This document shows positions 41,401 to 57,400 of a DNA stretch of 64,000 nt, piece after piece (the stretch's first letter is position 1; every line of letters begins with the position of its first letter). The position numbers and the translations under genes are program-made. Origin of the DNA: Antedon mediterranea (Eukaryota; Animalia; Echinodermata); NCBI RefSeq assembly GCF_964355755.1, contig NC_092674.1, positions 26,598,001 to 26,662,000 of the forward strand, written 5' to 3'. The notes below the pieces were generated by a model. That model was not told where the DNA came from. It did no database searches and worked only from the letters and a program-made list of their open reading frames with translations.

Positions 41401-44400
41401 ACTTTTATTATTTTACAGGTCACACGTACCTTAAACCAACTATATTTTCCTGCTTCAGCTGCCGTAACACTTTCAATTCCCGTAGAGTTGTTCTTCGAAC
41501 ATCTTCATTATCTTTTGATTAAAATTTGCATTCAATATAGTTTATTTAATCATGAAATTAATAATCTGTTATATTATAAGTCTGAAATTACTGCAGTAAT
41601 AAGATGATATTTTTTGCTAGTGATATACCCAAATATGGTAGTGATATGACCATGTCCATATATGGGCACATCACATTTGTTGTCACATACAGTTTGATAG
41701 TGTTTAGACAGAGCCTAAGCCACTTTCATTAATGAAAAAAAAACTAAAACTTGGCAGTCACCAAAACTTTTACATCAGAAGAAAGCAAATTTACTGTGTC
41801 AGAAAGGCTTCGGAACTAGAACTACTGCACTATAGTATTAATTAGAGGCAAACATTTTAACTGCCAAGCCAATACCATACCATACCCAAAGTGTTAAATG
41901 TACATTGCTACTGAATTTCTATTTAATTAGGCCGATGCTAATAACCACTTACGTTAAAGCTTTAGTTAACAAATGGTGTACTAAATTACCAGTATGTACA
42001 CATTAGCCCACTTCAGTTTGAATTTATTGGTTAAGTATTATATTGCTAATGACGCCATGAGTATAGCTACTGTTGATTGATTAGTTAATAAAATATATTA
42101 TACACTTCGTCTTGCTTTGTCAATAATATCGTTTTAATTAAGAATTTGAGGAAAATTGTAAATTCATTAATAGTTTCTATAGACCTATAGTATATCAATT
42201 TTCTTTCCATAATGAAATTGATAACAGTATTTTTTAATACTGTTGCTTTTTACTCTGCCTATTGATTGTGATTCTCAAATATTGATTTTAAAATCAATTT
42301 ATTTTGTTGAATTGCTGAAATTAATTCTTTTAATCAAATTTTCTTACTGTAGAATCTGGAATACCGTATGTTAAAACTGTTTTTAAGGTACTGTAGTTTG
42401 CAAAAAATTTTTGCTAATACGTTAAATTATGTTATGTATGTTTTATAAAGGAAGCTAAATTATTCCTCCATGGGTTACATACAATATGACCAAGTATGAA
42501 GCCAGGGGCCTGGGTATGAAATTTGGTTAAATATTGAGGGTAGGATTATACCATACCCAAAGTTTTGTGTCCAGATTTATTCTAAATTAGAGGTGGAATT
42601 ATACTTTTTTAGAATAAAGGCTAAAATAAATCCTCCATGGGTTTATTAGTGACCATACTGTACTGTATATAACCAATTAAACCCAGGGGTCTTGGTATGA
42701 AATTTGGCCAATATTGTTGGGGGTAGGCTTATACCATACCAAAGTTTTGTGTCTAGATTTAGCCTAAATTAGAGGTGGAATTATACTTGAGCATTGGACT
42801 ATACTTGCTCATCAGTAATATTATGTACTGAAACTTGGAACTTGAAGGTAGAGATCTCATCTAATCTCAACTAATTACTTACAGTAGCTCATTTGTCCCT
42901 TAACATCATAATTACAAATTCGTCATTTACTAATAATAGTAATACACATAATGTTTATTAAGTATTGTGTACTAATGTAAGGGGTTTCCCCCTGTATTCT
43001 GATTTATACCCCAGATGTGACCTGTACAGACTGTTTGACAAAGGAATTTAACTTTTATAATCACATCTTGTACTTTGGCCAACCCAATTGATAGTATTAC
43101 TCATGTTTTGATACTACTAGTACAACAGTACTACTACGATACTGTGATACATACAATCAGACGTGTAAATACTCAACAAGATTTCAATAATAACATAATG
43201 ATAGTGTCCAAGTGCTGAGCAAACAGTTTGAATGAATGTAGGAATGTTCAAAATATTTCATCACACAAATGAAAGGAAATAAAATATGTCAGCAGCTTTA
43301 TAATAATTCTGGATTTAAGAATAAAATTCAGACAACTTGCCTTCACTGTCTTTGAATTTCTTGATAGCTACTAGGTCTCCAGTCGCCTAGACCAGAAAAA
43401 AGGAATGATATCATTTTTATTAACATACATGTGCACTAACAGTACCTAATGTAAATTTGTTCTTACAAACTTTTTTGCAGGAAAAAAGAGGAAAACAAAA
43501 ACACTTACATAAAAAATAAGTTTTCCAATTTTATATAGAATAGTATAGTAGAATTTGTGTAACATATTATACAAATAATGAATGTTTATGAGTGCAATGG
43601 TACAAATAATGGCACGAGGTGAATGATGAAAGGTTATATCAACGAGGCAAAGCCGAGTTGATATAACCTTTCATCATTCACCAAGTGCCATTATTTGTAC
43701 CATTACACGAATACAAAACATTCATTATTTGTTTTATATAACATCTAGACGTTTTTTTTTCGTACACAAAAATGTTTCAAAAAGTACTATTTAACGATCG
43801 TTGAATAGTGCGTACTATTGCACGCCATGTGACCCACATTCGTCCAATCAAATGACAGGAATTTATATAGGTGTTATATAATATAATTCATGGGCAGAAA
43901 ATTCAAGAGAAAAGAATGATTTTTTGATTTCACATTACCATTTTTATACTTTATTACATTTTATATAGGCCTATTTTAGACTGTAATAAAATTATATTTA
44001 GTAAAAACAGGCCTTGTAAATGATTTAAGTCATCTACCACTTGAAACACTAAAAGACAACCTGTTATATCACTAAAAGTGTGCATTACTCTGTAAAGCAT
44101 TTAGCTTTAGTTAGAAGCAAATAACTGACCTTGTGTCTACACTTTAAAACCACTCCATAAGCCCCTGAAAAAAAGAATAGACGAAGTGACTTTATTGTTA
44201 GAAATTTTGTAGTTATTACAACCTCTAGAGTCTAGAGATTTTGAGAGGTTAAACATGTTTAATTAAAATTAGTTTTAATGTGATTACAAACAACCCTGTG
44301 AAATAAGGACTATCCATTATCTCTACAGTACATTTTGAATATAGCAAAAAAACTGCCTTAATTAAAACTGGTTTAAGCATCAATGATAGGATATAAACGG

Positions 44401-44683
44401 TGAAACTCTTTAATCTGTAAATGTAACATGAATCAATCCTCCTTCTCTATCTATAGAGTAAATTAGTAATTTTACTGTATAAAAACCCAAAATTGTTATT
44501 GTATTCTGGTGATCTGATAAACGGGACATTATTATTTTGTGTCAATATATAATAACAATAACATTTTTGCTTATATTATTACATGGGGCCTAAAGTAAAG
44601 ATAAATAATTTGTTTATGCAATTGTAAATTATACAAAGAAAATTACCTTCTCCAACCATTCCAAGAACAGTGTACTTATTCAT
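26407..44683 (-). CDS. CDKL5: Cyclin-dependent kinase-like 5
   Basis: Minus-strand exons: 44683-44647, 44164-44130, 43386-43341, 41511-41430, 41158-41104, 40159-40104, 39701-39637, 39241-39182, 37683-37590, 37446-37257, 36926-36846, 36051-35900, 35592-34368, 33048-32923, 31787-31637, 31518-31486, 31140-31041, 28479-28404, 27694-27590, 26775-26407 (3138 nt, frame consistent). Kinase domain [100 protein letters not shown] matches CDKL5. The long low-complexity tail has a KKKRKKK basic patch and ends KETAI. Kinase exons are very secure; tail exons less so. Confidence 0.92.
27751..28333. mobile_element. Tc1/pogo-like MITE containing a 56-bp x about 10 tandem array
   Basis: TA|CAGTAG...CTACTG|TA termini; unit TAATACCCCTTCTTTAGGATACCCTTATTAAGGTGGTATTATGTTGGGTGTCCCTT. 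Confidence 0.8.
28858..29001. repeat. About 78-bp tandem duplication
   Basis: TAATTAAGCG..ACCTGTTTA.AGTCAACT.GAGGGGGCTTGATT.GATTTTGGTGG twice. Confidence 0.75.
29202..29282. repeat. Near-perfect 39-bp-arm palindrome
   Basis: ATTATCTAAGATAAAAGTAGGTGCTATTAATTAGTTAAT-AAT-ATTAACTAATTAATAGTACCTACTTTTATCTTAGATAAT; one G.T mismatch. Confidence 0.9.
29642..30976. mobile_element. TIR element carrying a 120-125-bp x 10 satellite-like array
   Basis: Inverted repeat CCAAGGCAATCTAACAACAGGA (29642) / TCCTGTTGTTAGATTGCCTTGG (ends 30976) flanking ten units that begin AAGATCAAAGGGTTTATCTGTGGC (about 29676-30911). Confidence 0.82.
32420..32522 (-). mobile_element. tRNA-derived SINE fragment
   Basis: Minus strand TAGCTTGGTGG..CCGGTTCAAATCC. 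Confidence 0.55.
37770..38107. repeat. 17-bp minisatellite derived from a Tc1/pogo-like MITE end
   Basis: Unit TTAATAGGGGTGTCCCC, about 16 copies, followed by AGAGGTTCTATTG|TA. Confidence 0.85.
38188..38330. mobile_element. MITE family A copy
   Basis: AGCTCTGTCTACATTATCAAAC...CTAGTTTGATAGTGTAAACAC with the family internal sequence. Confidence 0.82.
38957..39163. repeat. G-rich 18-bp degenerate minisatellite
   Basis: GGGGAGGTAGAGGGGCCT-like units, about 11 copies. Confidence 0.8.
40204..40344. mobile_element. MITE family A copy
   Basis: TTA|AGCTCTCTCTACACTATCAAAC...GTTTGATACTGTAGACAGAGCT. Confidence 0.85.
41618..41715. mobile_element. MITE family A, partial
   Basis: Internal CCCAAATATGGTAGTGATATGAC plus one TIR ending GACAGAGCC|TAA. 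Confidence 0.75.
42455..42788. repeat. About 170-180-bp tandem duplication
   Basis: CCTCCATGGGTT..CCAGGGG..GGTATGAAATTTGG..TTATACCATACC..AAATTAGAGGTGGAATTATACTT twice. Confidence 0.8.
43565..43885. mobile_element. Long-hairpin non-autonomous element (Crypton-like)
   Basis: About 78-bp arms 43571-43648 / 43652-43732 around an AAA loop (CAACGAGGC-AAA-GCCGAGTTG), then a tail with CCAATCAAATG ending TTATATAA. Family assignment is from recalled resemblance only. Confidence 0.55.
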
Positions 44684-46177
44684 GTTGTACTCGGGTTGGT
44701 CCAGTTCAATAACTGAATAATAGCTTCTTACTAAGCTTGCCAAGATCCATCATGAAAGAATGCTCTGCTGCCAGCCACACTCACATGAACATGATATTAA
44801 TAGTTAAATAGGCTAAATAATGATTTTCTATCAGCAGCTGCTAAAGATGAAAAGTACAGATGAATAATCAGAGGAGAGAGCTTCCCTCTTGAAATGAATC
44901 AATCTCATTCTGTCCCCTCATTCAGTACAGAAAATAGAGTTACGTCATTAAACTAAGAAGTAACGATCGACATAACATTACATATCTACAATAACAAACT
45001 ATAAGATTCGCACAGTAACCAAAACAGGAATACCAAAGGTTGGTTAATTGGGTCACGAACACACACGATCTTGGTTGTTGTCGCCGCGGGTCAAACACTC
45101 CGATTTCAGTGGTGCACTGATCACGAACGCTCAGTCAGAAGGCCTAGCGCATCGGTTCAAATTCCATCAAATTATTGTTCGATACCAAGTAGATACCAAC
45201 AAGCAACAATATTCTCACAACTTAAATGTACTAGTTAATTGAATTATAACTGATTGATTACTATTTCACGTCCTTCTTATGCATTTTTTCCGGGATCTAA
45301 TTTCCAAAATCGACAATCAAACCAAAACATTCAATGCTGAAAAAGTTGTGTACAGAAACCTTGCCAACATTACCCATGATTCTTTGAAAATTGATTACTT
45401 TCAATGCAATCAATTCAAGCGTGTAAATAGAGTTATGCCGCCCGCTTTAATTAACTTAACGCCGCTTAATTAACAACTTAACGGTAATTGTGATAATAAA
45501 AATAGAATTGGTTTTTTTCTGTGATAACCTAAAGTGAAATTAATCTTCCTTCGTAAAAACTATTTATACTGACATTTATCTTTTTTCTAAACACTTAATA
45601 TTATTTCAAATTGTTCAATAACAGATGGTAATTTTTTTTATTATCAATTTACTTTATTCATATTAGTGTATTCCTTTCTTCTCAATTTTTTTTACACCTT
45701 TGGGCTTTATTTTTTTCAAAAAAACAATATTACCAAACATATAATTATTCATATTTATTATAATTTATTGTCCATATACACAATTACATTACAATTTAAA
45801 ATATATTAACTTAAGTCTTCAAGATACAGTTATTTCAATTCAATAATTAAGTACTTAAGTTAATTAAAAGTATATATAAATATTTTAATTTTTATTAAAA
45901 TATTCTAAAGTCGAATGTACAATTAAATATTGATGTAATCAACTTCAACAAAATTATTTTTATTTTAATAGAGTAATGTTGTATTACGTATTATGCAAAT
46001 TTATTTATTTTAATATTTAAAGTAGTTTTAAACCAAAACAAAAACAAAAATTCAAATGTAGAAATGTTTTCCTATAATTCATTCTTAAAACTTTTCCTAA
46101 GTTATAAAAATATACATCATAATTTTCAAAACAATATATTTACAAAAGCATTTATATATTTAGATTTGAAATTAGGC

Positions 46178-50815
<4,638 letters not shown>

Positions 50816-51159
50816 TTTCGAACCGTATGGATTGAAAGAATTGACCAATTAGCAGTCATTTATCAGCTTCGCTAAGTGGATAAAAGTTGTTACAAAACTA
50901 TAAGTGTTGTCTGTGCTGACACCTGCATGCAAATTAGCATTTTACATTGCCAGTGAATGCTGCAGTGCTCTTTGAATGTAGCAATGAAAGCAATGTATAT
51001 CTCACTATTTACTACACTATTGTAGACCTTTGCCCTAGGCTAATCTAATTTAGAAACATGTGATATAAATAACTATACTAGTGTACCATATTTAAATTGT
51101 TGTTTATCTTATGACCACTGCACAGCCAATTGCAATGCCATTTTTTTACTAATTGTACC

Positions 51160-51480
51160 TTCAAGAAGTTAGTTGAAACCTTAAAATAACTGTATGTGAT
51201 GAAACACAAATTCAAATTAAGGAAGAGTTTGTGGTCCACTTGCTCATGTGAAATGAAACAACATCTTCATTATTCTGACTTTATTAAAAACACAATTTTA
51301 TATAATAATTTGCATGACAAACAATCCAAAGTTCTCGCTCTGTTGACAGATTAACTCATGTGATAGAGGGCGGTATACTATTTCTTTATAGGCTGTATTT
51401 TTTTGTATGGTTGTGCAACAACACGCGTGAAAACATACGGTAATTTTTAATGTTTAAGCTTAATAACATATCATTTCACA
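51160..51480. promoter_or_regulatory. Probable bidirectional promoter of TMEM144 and EIF5B
   Basis: Start codons are only about 670 bp apart and divergent. A possible TMEM144 5'UTR exon donor lies at 51158 (minus, AAG|gtacaa). TCATGTGA at 51244 and 51356, GGGCGG at 51368, CACGCGTG at 51422. Confidence 0.6.
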
Positions 51481-54400
51481 ATGGGTAAATCAAAGAAAGG
51501 AAAGACAAACAAGGAAACAATAGCAGAACCGAACGTGTAAGTTTTTCATTGTCTTATTTTTCTTAAAATGAAAGTGGATTGTAGAAAATCATACCACACG
51601 GACCAGTGATTTCCTCTCCCACATGCTTGATTGTCGAGCCTACTAGGCTACGTCTCTATTCTAGCCTAACTAGCCTAAACCCAGCGGAGGCCTATGACAT
51701 GTTTAGTGTCTCAGATTATTTCCGTTCCGCTGGCTGCGACTGTCTCCTATATAATCCCAGATTCGCCAGATTTGCATTGGCCTACATAATATTCATATAT
51801 AAATATAGGCCTATCTCATTACAAATATACCTGTAATAAAGGTGTCAGATGAAATCGGTCGCGTCTGAAATCGGTCGCGTTTGAAATCGGTCGCGATAAA
51901 ATCAACTTCCGGCATTTTGTATGGCGCGCCGCTAGAGCTATACGTTTAATGATATCGGTCGCGTTTGAAATCGGTCGCGCTATTTTGCATGGGACGCACT
52001 AGATACATTTTAAATGTAAACGCTAATTATGTTTTTAGTTAATTTTGAATATAGAATTTCTAATACTATTAACAATTGTTTTACCTCGATCGTTATTATT
52101 TTTTTAGTACAGTAAATATAAATATTATCTCATTATTTATAAATAATTTGTGTTTTCATTTTATCTTACGTCAGGTGTCAATGAATAATTGTAATGTGTT
52201 TAGAAAATCGTTTTAAAAAGTGTTATTGAATATTGTTTAAGTTTTTGAAAAGATTAACATGCCACTGTTTAAAGTTTTAATAATGTTGAAATAATTTAAT
52301 ATTAAACAATTAGACGCGCCTATTGCGTATTTTTTAATCGCAGTTAATTACGAAACTAGTTTTATATCTGCAAGTGGATACCAGCTCAATGAGGTTTATG
52401 CAATAAAGGAAGATGATGTATGATGATGATTTTTACGTTCGATTTCCGCCACTCTTACGTGAGCATGGTTTTAGGATAATACTAATAAAATAATATGCCG
52501 TTATAAATCAATCTACAGGGCCTATACTATGACTATGCAGTATGCTGTACAATGATAGGCCTATATGTGATAATAATAATGGATGGATATTAAAAGGTGG
52601 GCACGATTCTCAAAGAGGTAATCTTGCACTGATATTTTAAACATTTAGATGTACGAACGGCGTACGGATGTGAGACACTGAGTGGTACTTATATTATTTA
52701 CATTAAAGTGATTATTATAAATGAAGAAATATTCAAATTAAAAACTATAGTATCGCCGACGTAGGCCTATATACGTAAATTATATACATCGTTTCACCAT
52801 GGAACTATGTTTCACAAAAACACGTGCAGTGCAGAGGCCTATATATAGATGTTTCAAACGTATGGTTAGTAATAGGCCTATACGTCATCTTTACATGGCC
52901 ATGGACAACGATCGTAGTACGTGTTTTGTCCATGATTTGACACACTAGTGCGTGTTTTTTTTAAGGGGAATCCCCGTCAGCAAAATAACGTGCAGTTAAC
53001 GTCGTCTGCACGATCATAGAAGGCGCATCCACGTTATGGCCTATTTCGGGGTTTATTTCAGTAACTCGTCTTTTAACGACCCGCATATAATAATCATTTT
53101 TACTAGAAACTATTTTAGGCCTAAACATTAGAAATAAAAATATACACGTGATTTTCCTCAACAATAATCATTATAGGCCTCTACTTAATCCTACATAACG
53201 TACGGACATAAATAAAATAGAAATTAAAATAAGGTGGTCCAATATATGATATATCTGCCACATTATGCATAAGTATAAAAATGGATACGCTGGCTTTACG
53301 GGTTATACATTGTAACGTTTATTGTTTTTAAATAAATTGTTCTCTTTTACGTAATTGTTTGCATAATACTGTATTACTAAAAGACACAGACGTATATTCT
53401 CTATACAGTATAATATATTAATTACAGTACATATAATAAAATAGAGGTAAATTATTATATGCCTAATAAAATATTTAAACGTGTTTAGAAATGGCCATTT
53501 TGAAAAGACACGGTCTTTCTTCGAGACCTGTGAAATAAAAAAAAATGATTGATAATAAATATTATTAACCAAAATAAAAAATATCCACATAAATAATCTG
53601 GTTCCTAAAAAATATCAATTAAATCTAGACTATATAAACGAAGAAAATGTAAATCCCGCTAGCATGCATCTCGCTCCATACAAAATAGCGCGACCGATTT
53701 CAAGGGCGACCGATTTCAAACGTATAGCTCTAGCGGCGCGCCATACAAAATACCGGAAGTTGATTTTATCGCGACCGATTTCAAACGCGACCGATTTCAC
53801 ACGCGACCGATTTCATCGTAAACCGTAATAAATAGTATACTAATAAGGCCCCTCTCTACCTAGCCTGACCTACTAGTTTAATTTTACTTTTATTAATTGA
53901 AACAAAATATTTTTAATTTCTCCTAAGTTTAATCTTCTGACAATACACAATTGTGTCTTAAATATATTATTAAGTAGTAGTATTATTATTTTCAGTGACA
54001 AGGAAGTTGATGATATTGATTTGGATACAATTCCATCGAAAATTAACGAAGGACAAAAAGAAAAGAAAAAAGGAAAAAAGAAGAACAAAAAAGACTGGTA
54101 AAATTCACAATTTCGTTAAAAATAAATGTCAAAGTGAAAATTTTATTAACAAATATATTTTTTTTATATTTTTATAATTAAATTTTTTCAGGAATGAAGA
54201 TGAATTGTTAGATGATATTGATTATTTAGAGAACAACGATAAAGAGAAGAAAGAAGAACCAACAAAGGAAAGTGATAAACCGGTAGAGGTGGAAGAAGAA
54301 AAGAAAGGAGGAAAAAAGGGGAAGAAGCAGAATAAGAAAGATGTGTAAGTTAAAGTACAAAGCTAGTATGCCTATCTAGACAATGCATATCTGGACAATT

Positions 54401-57400
54401 CCTCCCCCATCTAGCACTAACATCCCACCTCCTTTCCCAATTCTCTTTGGTTCTAGTATTCATGTAGATGGGTGGTGGTGGTTGTCCTAGAATATTGATT
54501 TATAGTAATGATTATGTTATCATACAATAATGCCCTGTTAAATGAACTTTGTGCTCAAATGCTTTGATGCTAGATGATAGATTGAATTGTAGTGAAATCT
54601 TTAACTGCTTCTATCAGGTAGTAGTAACAATAAATCCTGTCCTGTCCACTTGCAATTCTACCTCCATTTCTTTACCTCCAAATTATTTTGAATAATTTGT
54701 GTTTTGTCGCAGTGACTATGATGACCTTGCGGATGAGATTGCAAATTTGGCAATTGCTGATTCAACACCTAGTGCTGCGGAAAAACCAATACAACGCAAC
54801 CAGGATGGAAAGAAATCAAAAAAGAAGAAGAAGAAAGACTTGTAAGTTAAGCTTTCAACAATGTAGTGCTTACCCTTTTAATACGTTTGTCTTTTATTGG
54901 CACCCACACACACACATTAATTTTATTAATAAGAGAAATACATTTTTTCAAAGGTGATCTGATTTTTATTTTTATTCTAGTGATCTTGAGGATGAAGACA
55001 ATGATGAATCTACGGAAAAAATGATCAGCAGTGAACAGGTATGTAGTGGCACTGTGGCTTGGTGGTTGATATTCTTGCTTACCAATCCCAGGGTCATTGG
55101 TTCAAATCCTATCATAGTTCCAGTGTTTTTCTAACAGGCAATACAGCACCCTAAGTTAGCCTCATATGAGATTTGGTTTAGAAAGAATGGATTTCCCATC
55201 TTATATAATCAATAATAATAATTGTAAGGGATGGATAGGTAATCACCAAATTTAGAGTTTTCATTCCTAGTAGGAATACATAGATAGTAGGTAAACCATT
55301 TCTTTATATTTAGAACAATGAAATCTCAGAAACACAAACTGACGAAATTGATGATGGCCCAAAAATTAAGACGGCGGCGCAAAAAAAAGCAGAGAAGAAG
55401 GAAAGGGAACGCAAGAAAAAGGAACAGCAAAAAGCCGCTTCAAAAGCAAGTAAAACAAAGTCCGAGAAGGTGGAAGAAGTGACAGAGAAGGCTAAAGAAA
55501 CAGCGGAGGAATCATTGGTCAAACCAGCTGATGAAGCAAAACCTGTTGATGAAGCAGAACCGAAGGACGTAGAAGGTATGATTCTTATTTTAATCTTTAA
55601 TTTCATTTAGATTTATATTTAAGCTCTGTCTACACTTTCAAACTAGTGATGTGCCCAAATATGGAAGTGATATTCCCAAATATGTCAGTGATATGACATC
55701 ACCATGTCCATATTATTTGGTCACATAAAGTTTGATGGTGTAGACAGAGCTTTAGATTAAGGAGGCTTTTCTTGTTTGGACCATTGGCCTATGGTTTCCT
55801 CTTGAGCTGTTTTCAAATTTTGTATAAATAAATAAAAGGAGTAGGGGCCTTGGAAAAAAGAGGATTTTAGGTCTGTAGATTTGTAAAACCATCCCTACTG
55901 ATAAAGAATTGAATATTCATTTTTTCTGTTTATTTGATTATTAGGTGAAGAAGAGGCAGAAGATAAGGATGATAAAAAGAAGAAAAAGAAAAAGAAGAAA
56001 GATAAAAAAGGAAAAGATGATGAAGAGAAAGAAAAGAAGAAAAAGCCTAATAAAGGTGAGCTTTAGAATTTGTTTACTATACTTTTATTTTTTAAATATT
56101 TTTTTAACCAATTTAATTATATTGGTAATATAGATTAGCACAAATAAAGCACACAAATATTTATTATTAGTAATAATAATAACTAATATTGTTTTGTTTT
56201 ACCAGCTATGCTTGAGGCAATGAAAATTGCTTTGAAACAAAAACAAGAAGAGGAGGAACGATTAAAATTGGAGGAAGAAGAACGAATACGTAAAGAGGAA
56301 GAAGCTTTTCAGAAAAAAGTAGAACAAAAACGCTTGGAAAAGGAAATGAAGGATAAAGAAAAGCAGAGAAAGAAGGTAAGACAATTGAAAATAAAGTTTC
56401 AAAGGATAGAGACACTTTTAATCTCAAAGAAACTGTAGAGCTCTGTCTACACTATCAAATTTTATTTGTCAAAAAATGTGATGTGCCCAATATATGAACA
56501 TGATTATGTCATACCACTACTATATTTTTGCATATTATCACTACTATGTTTGGGCACATCACACTTTTTTTGTCAAACTAAGAGGTGGATAAACTGAAAT
56601 ATATATTGTTAATCGTTTTCCTAGCAACGTCTGTATGAAATTAATAACTTCTAAATCTAAACATTTCCAAAATGGTGTATTTGTACAATGGAATAGTAAC
56701 AGTAGAGTGAAAAGGTGTTATCACTGTTAAAGGGTATAAAATATTTTATTTCTATATTATTGTATAGGAAAGAATTGAAAGACTTAAAAAGGAAGGCAAG
56801 TGGCTCACACCGGCTCAGAAGGAAGCAAGGGCGAGGGCGGAGGCTCAATTACAAGCGATGCGAGATCAAGGAATTGTTATCCCAACGAAAGTAGATGAAG
56901 ATAAAAAACCACAAAGAGTTCGATACGGTACCAGGAAAAAGAAAACAAAAGGTTTGTTAAAGCGTTGTAATTCAGTCCGATTTTATTACAATATTATCAA
57001 AATGAAATTGTCATTATCATTATTCTTGTCATCATTGTCAATATTTTAATCATTGTAGGCCCTACTTATCATTATCATCATCATTTTTATTATTATCATT
57101 GTCATCAGCATCTTCACCCATCTCATCCTTATTATCAATAGATCATTTTTGTATGTTTTTAAGTCATTTAGTGACAAATTTATGATTGTATCTGAATACA
57201 TTGTAGTAGAAGTAAAACAAGAAGACGTTCCTGCAAAGGAGGAGGCAGAACAAATTGAAGAACCACCTACATCTGAAGGTATAACAAGTTTATGATTTAT
57301 TTGTATAGTTTTTTTATTGTTTCTTTGTTAAAGTGTTAAAATAAAGTTATTCATTTATGCCCTATTCAAAATGAATCTTTTTGAAATATTTTTTTTTAAT

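Noticed and set aside
52961-53164. ORF inside the 2-kb transposon as a transposase remnant
   Set aside because: Short, with no recognisable DDE or DNA-binding motif.
55222-55310. U17/snR30-like motifs ATTCCTA and AAACCAT
   Set aside because: No ACA box at the right spacing, it overlaps the acceptor, and the ends (AAGGGGATGG..CCATTTCTTT) look like a small inverted-repeat remnant, similar to about 55840-55899.
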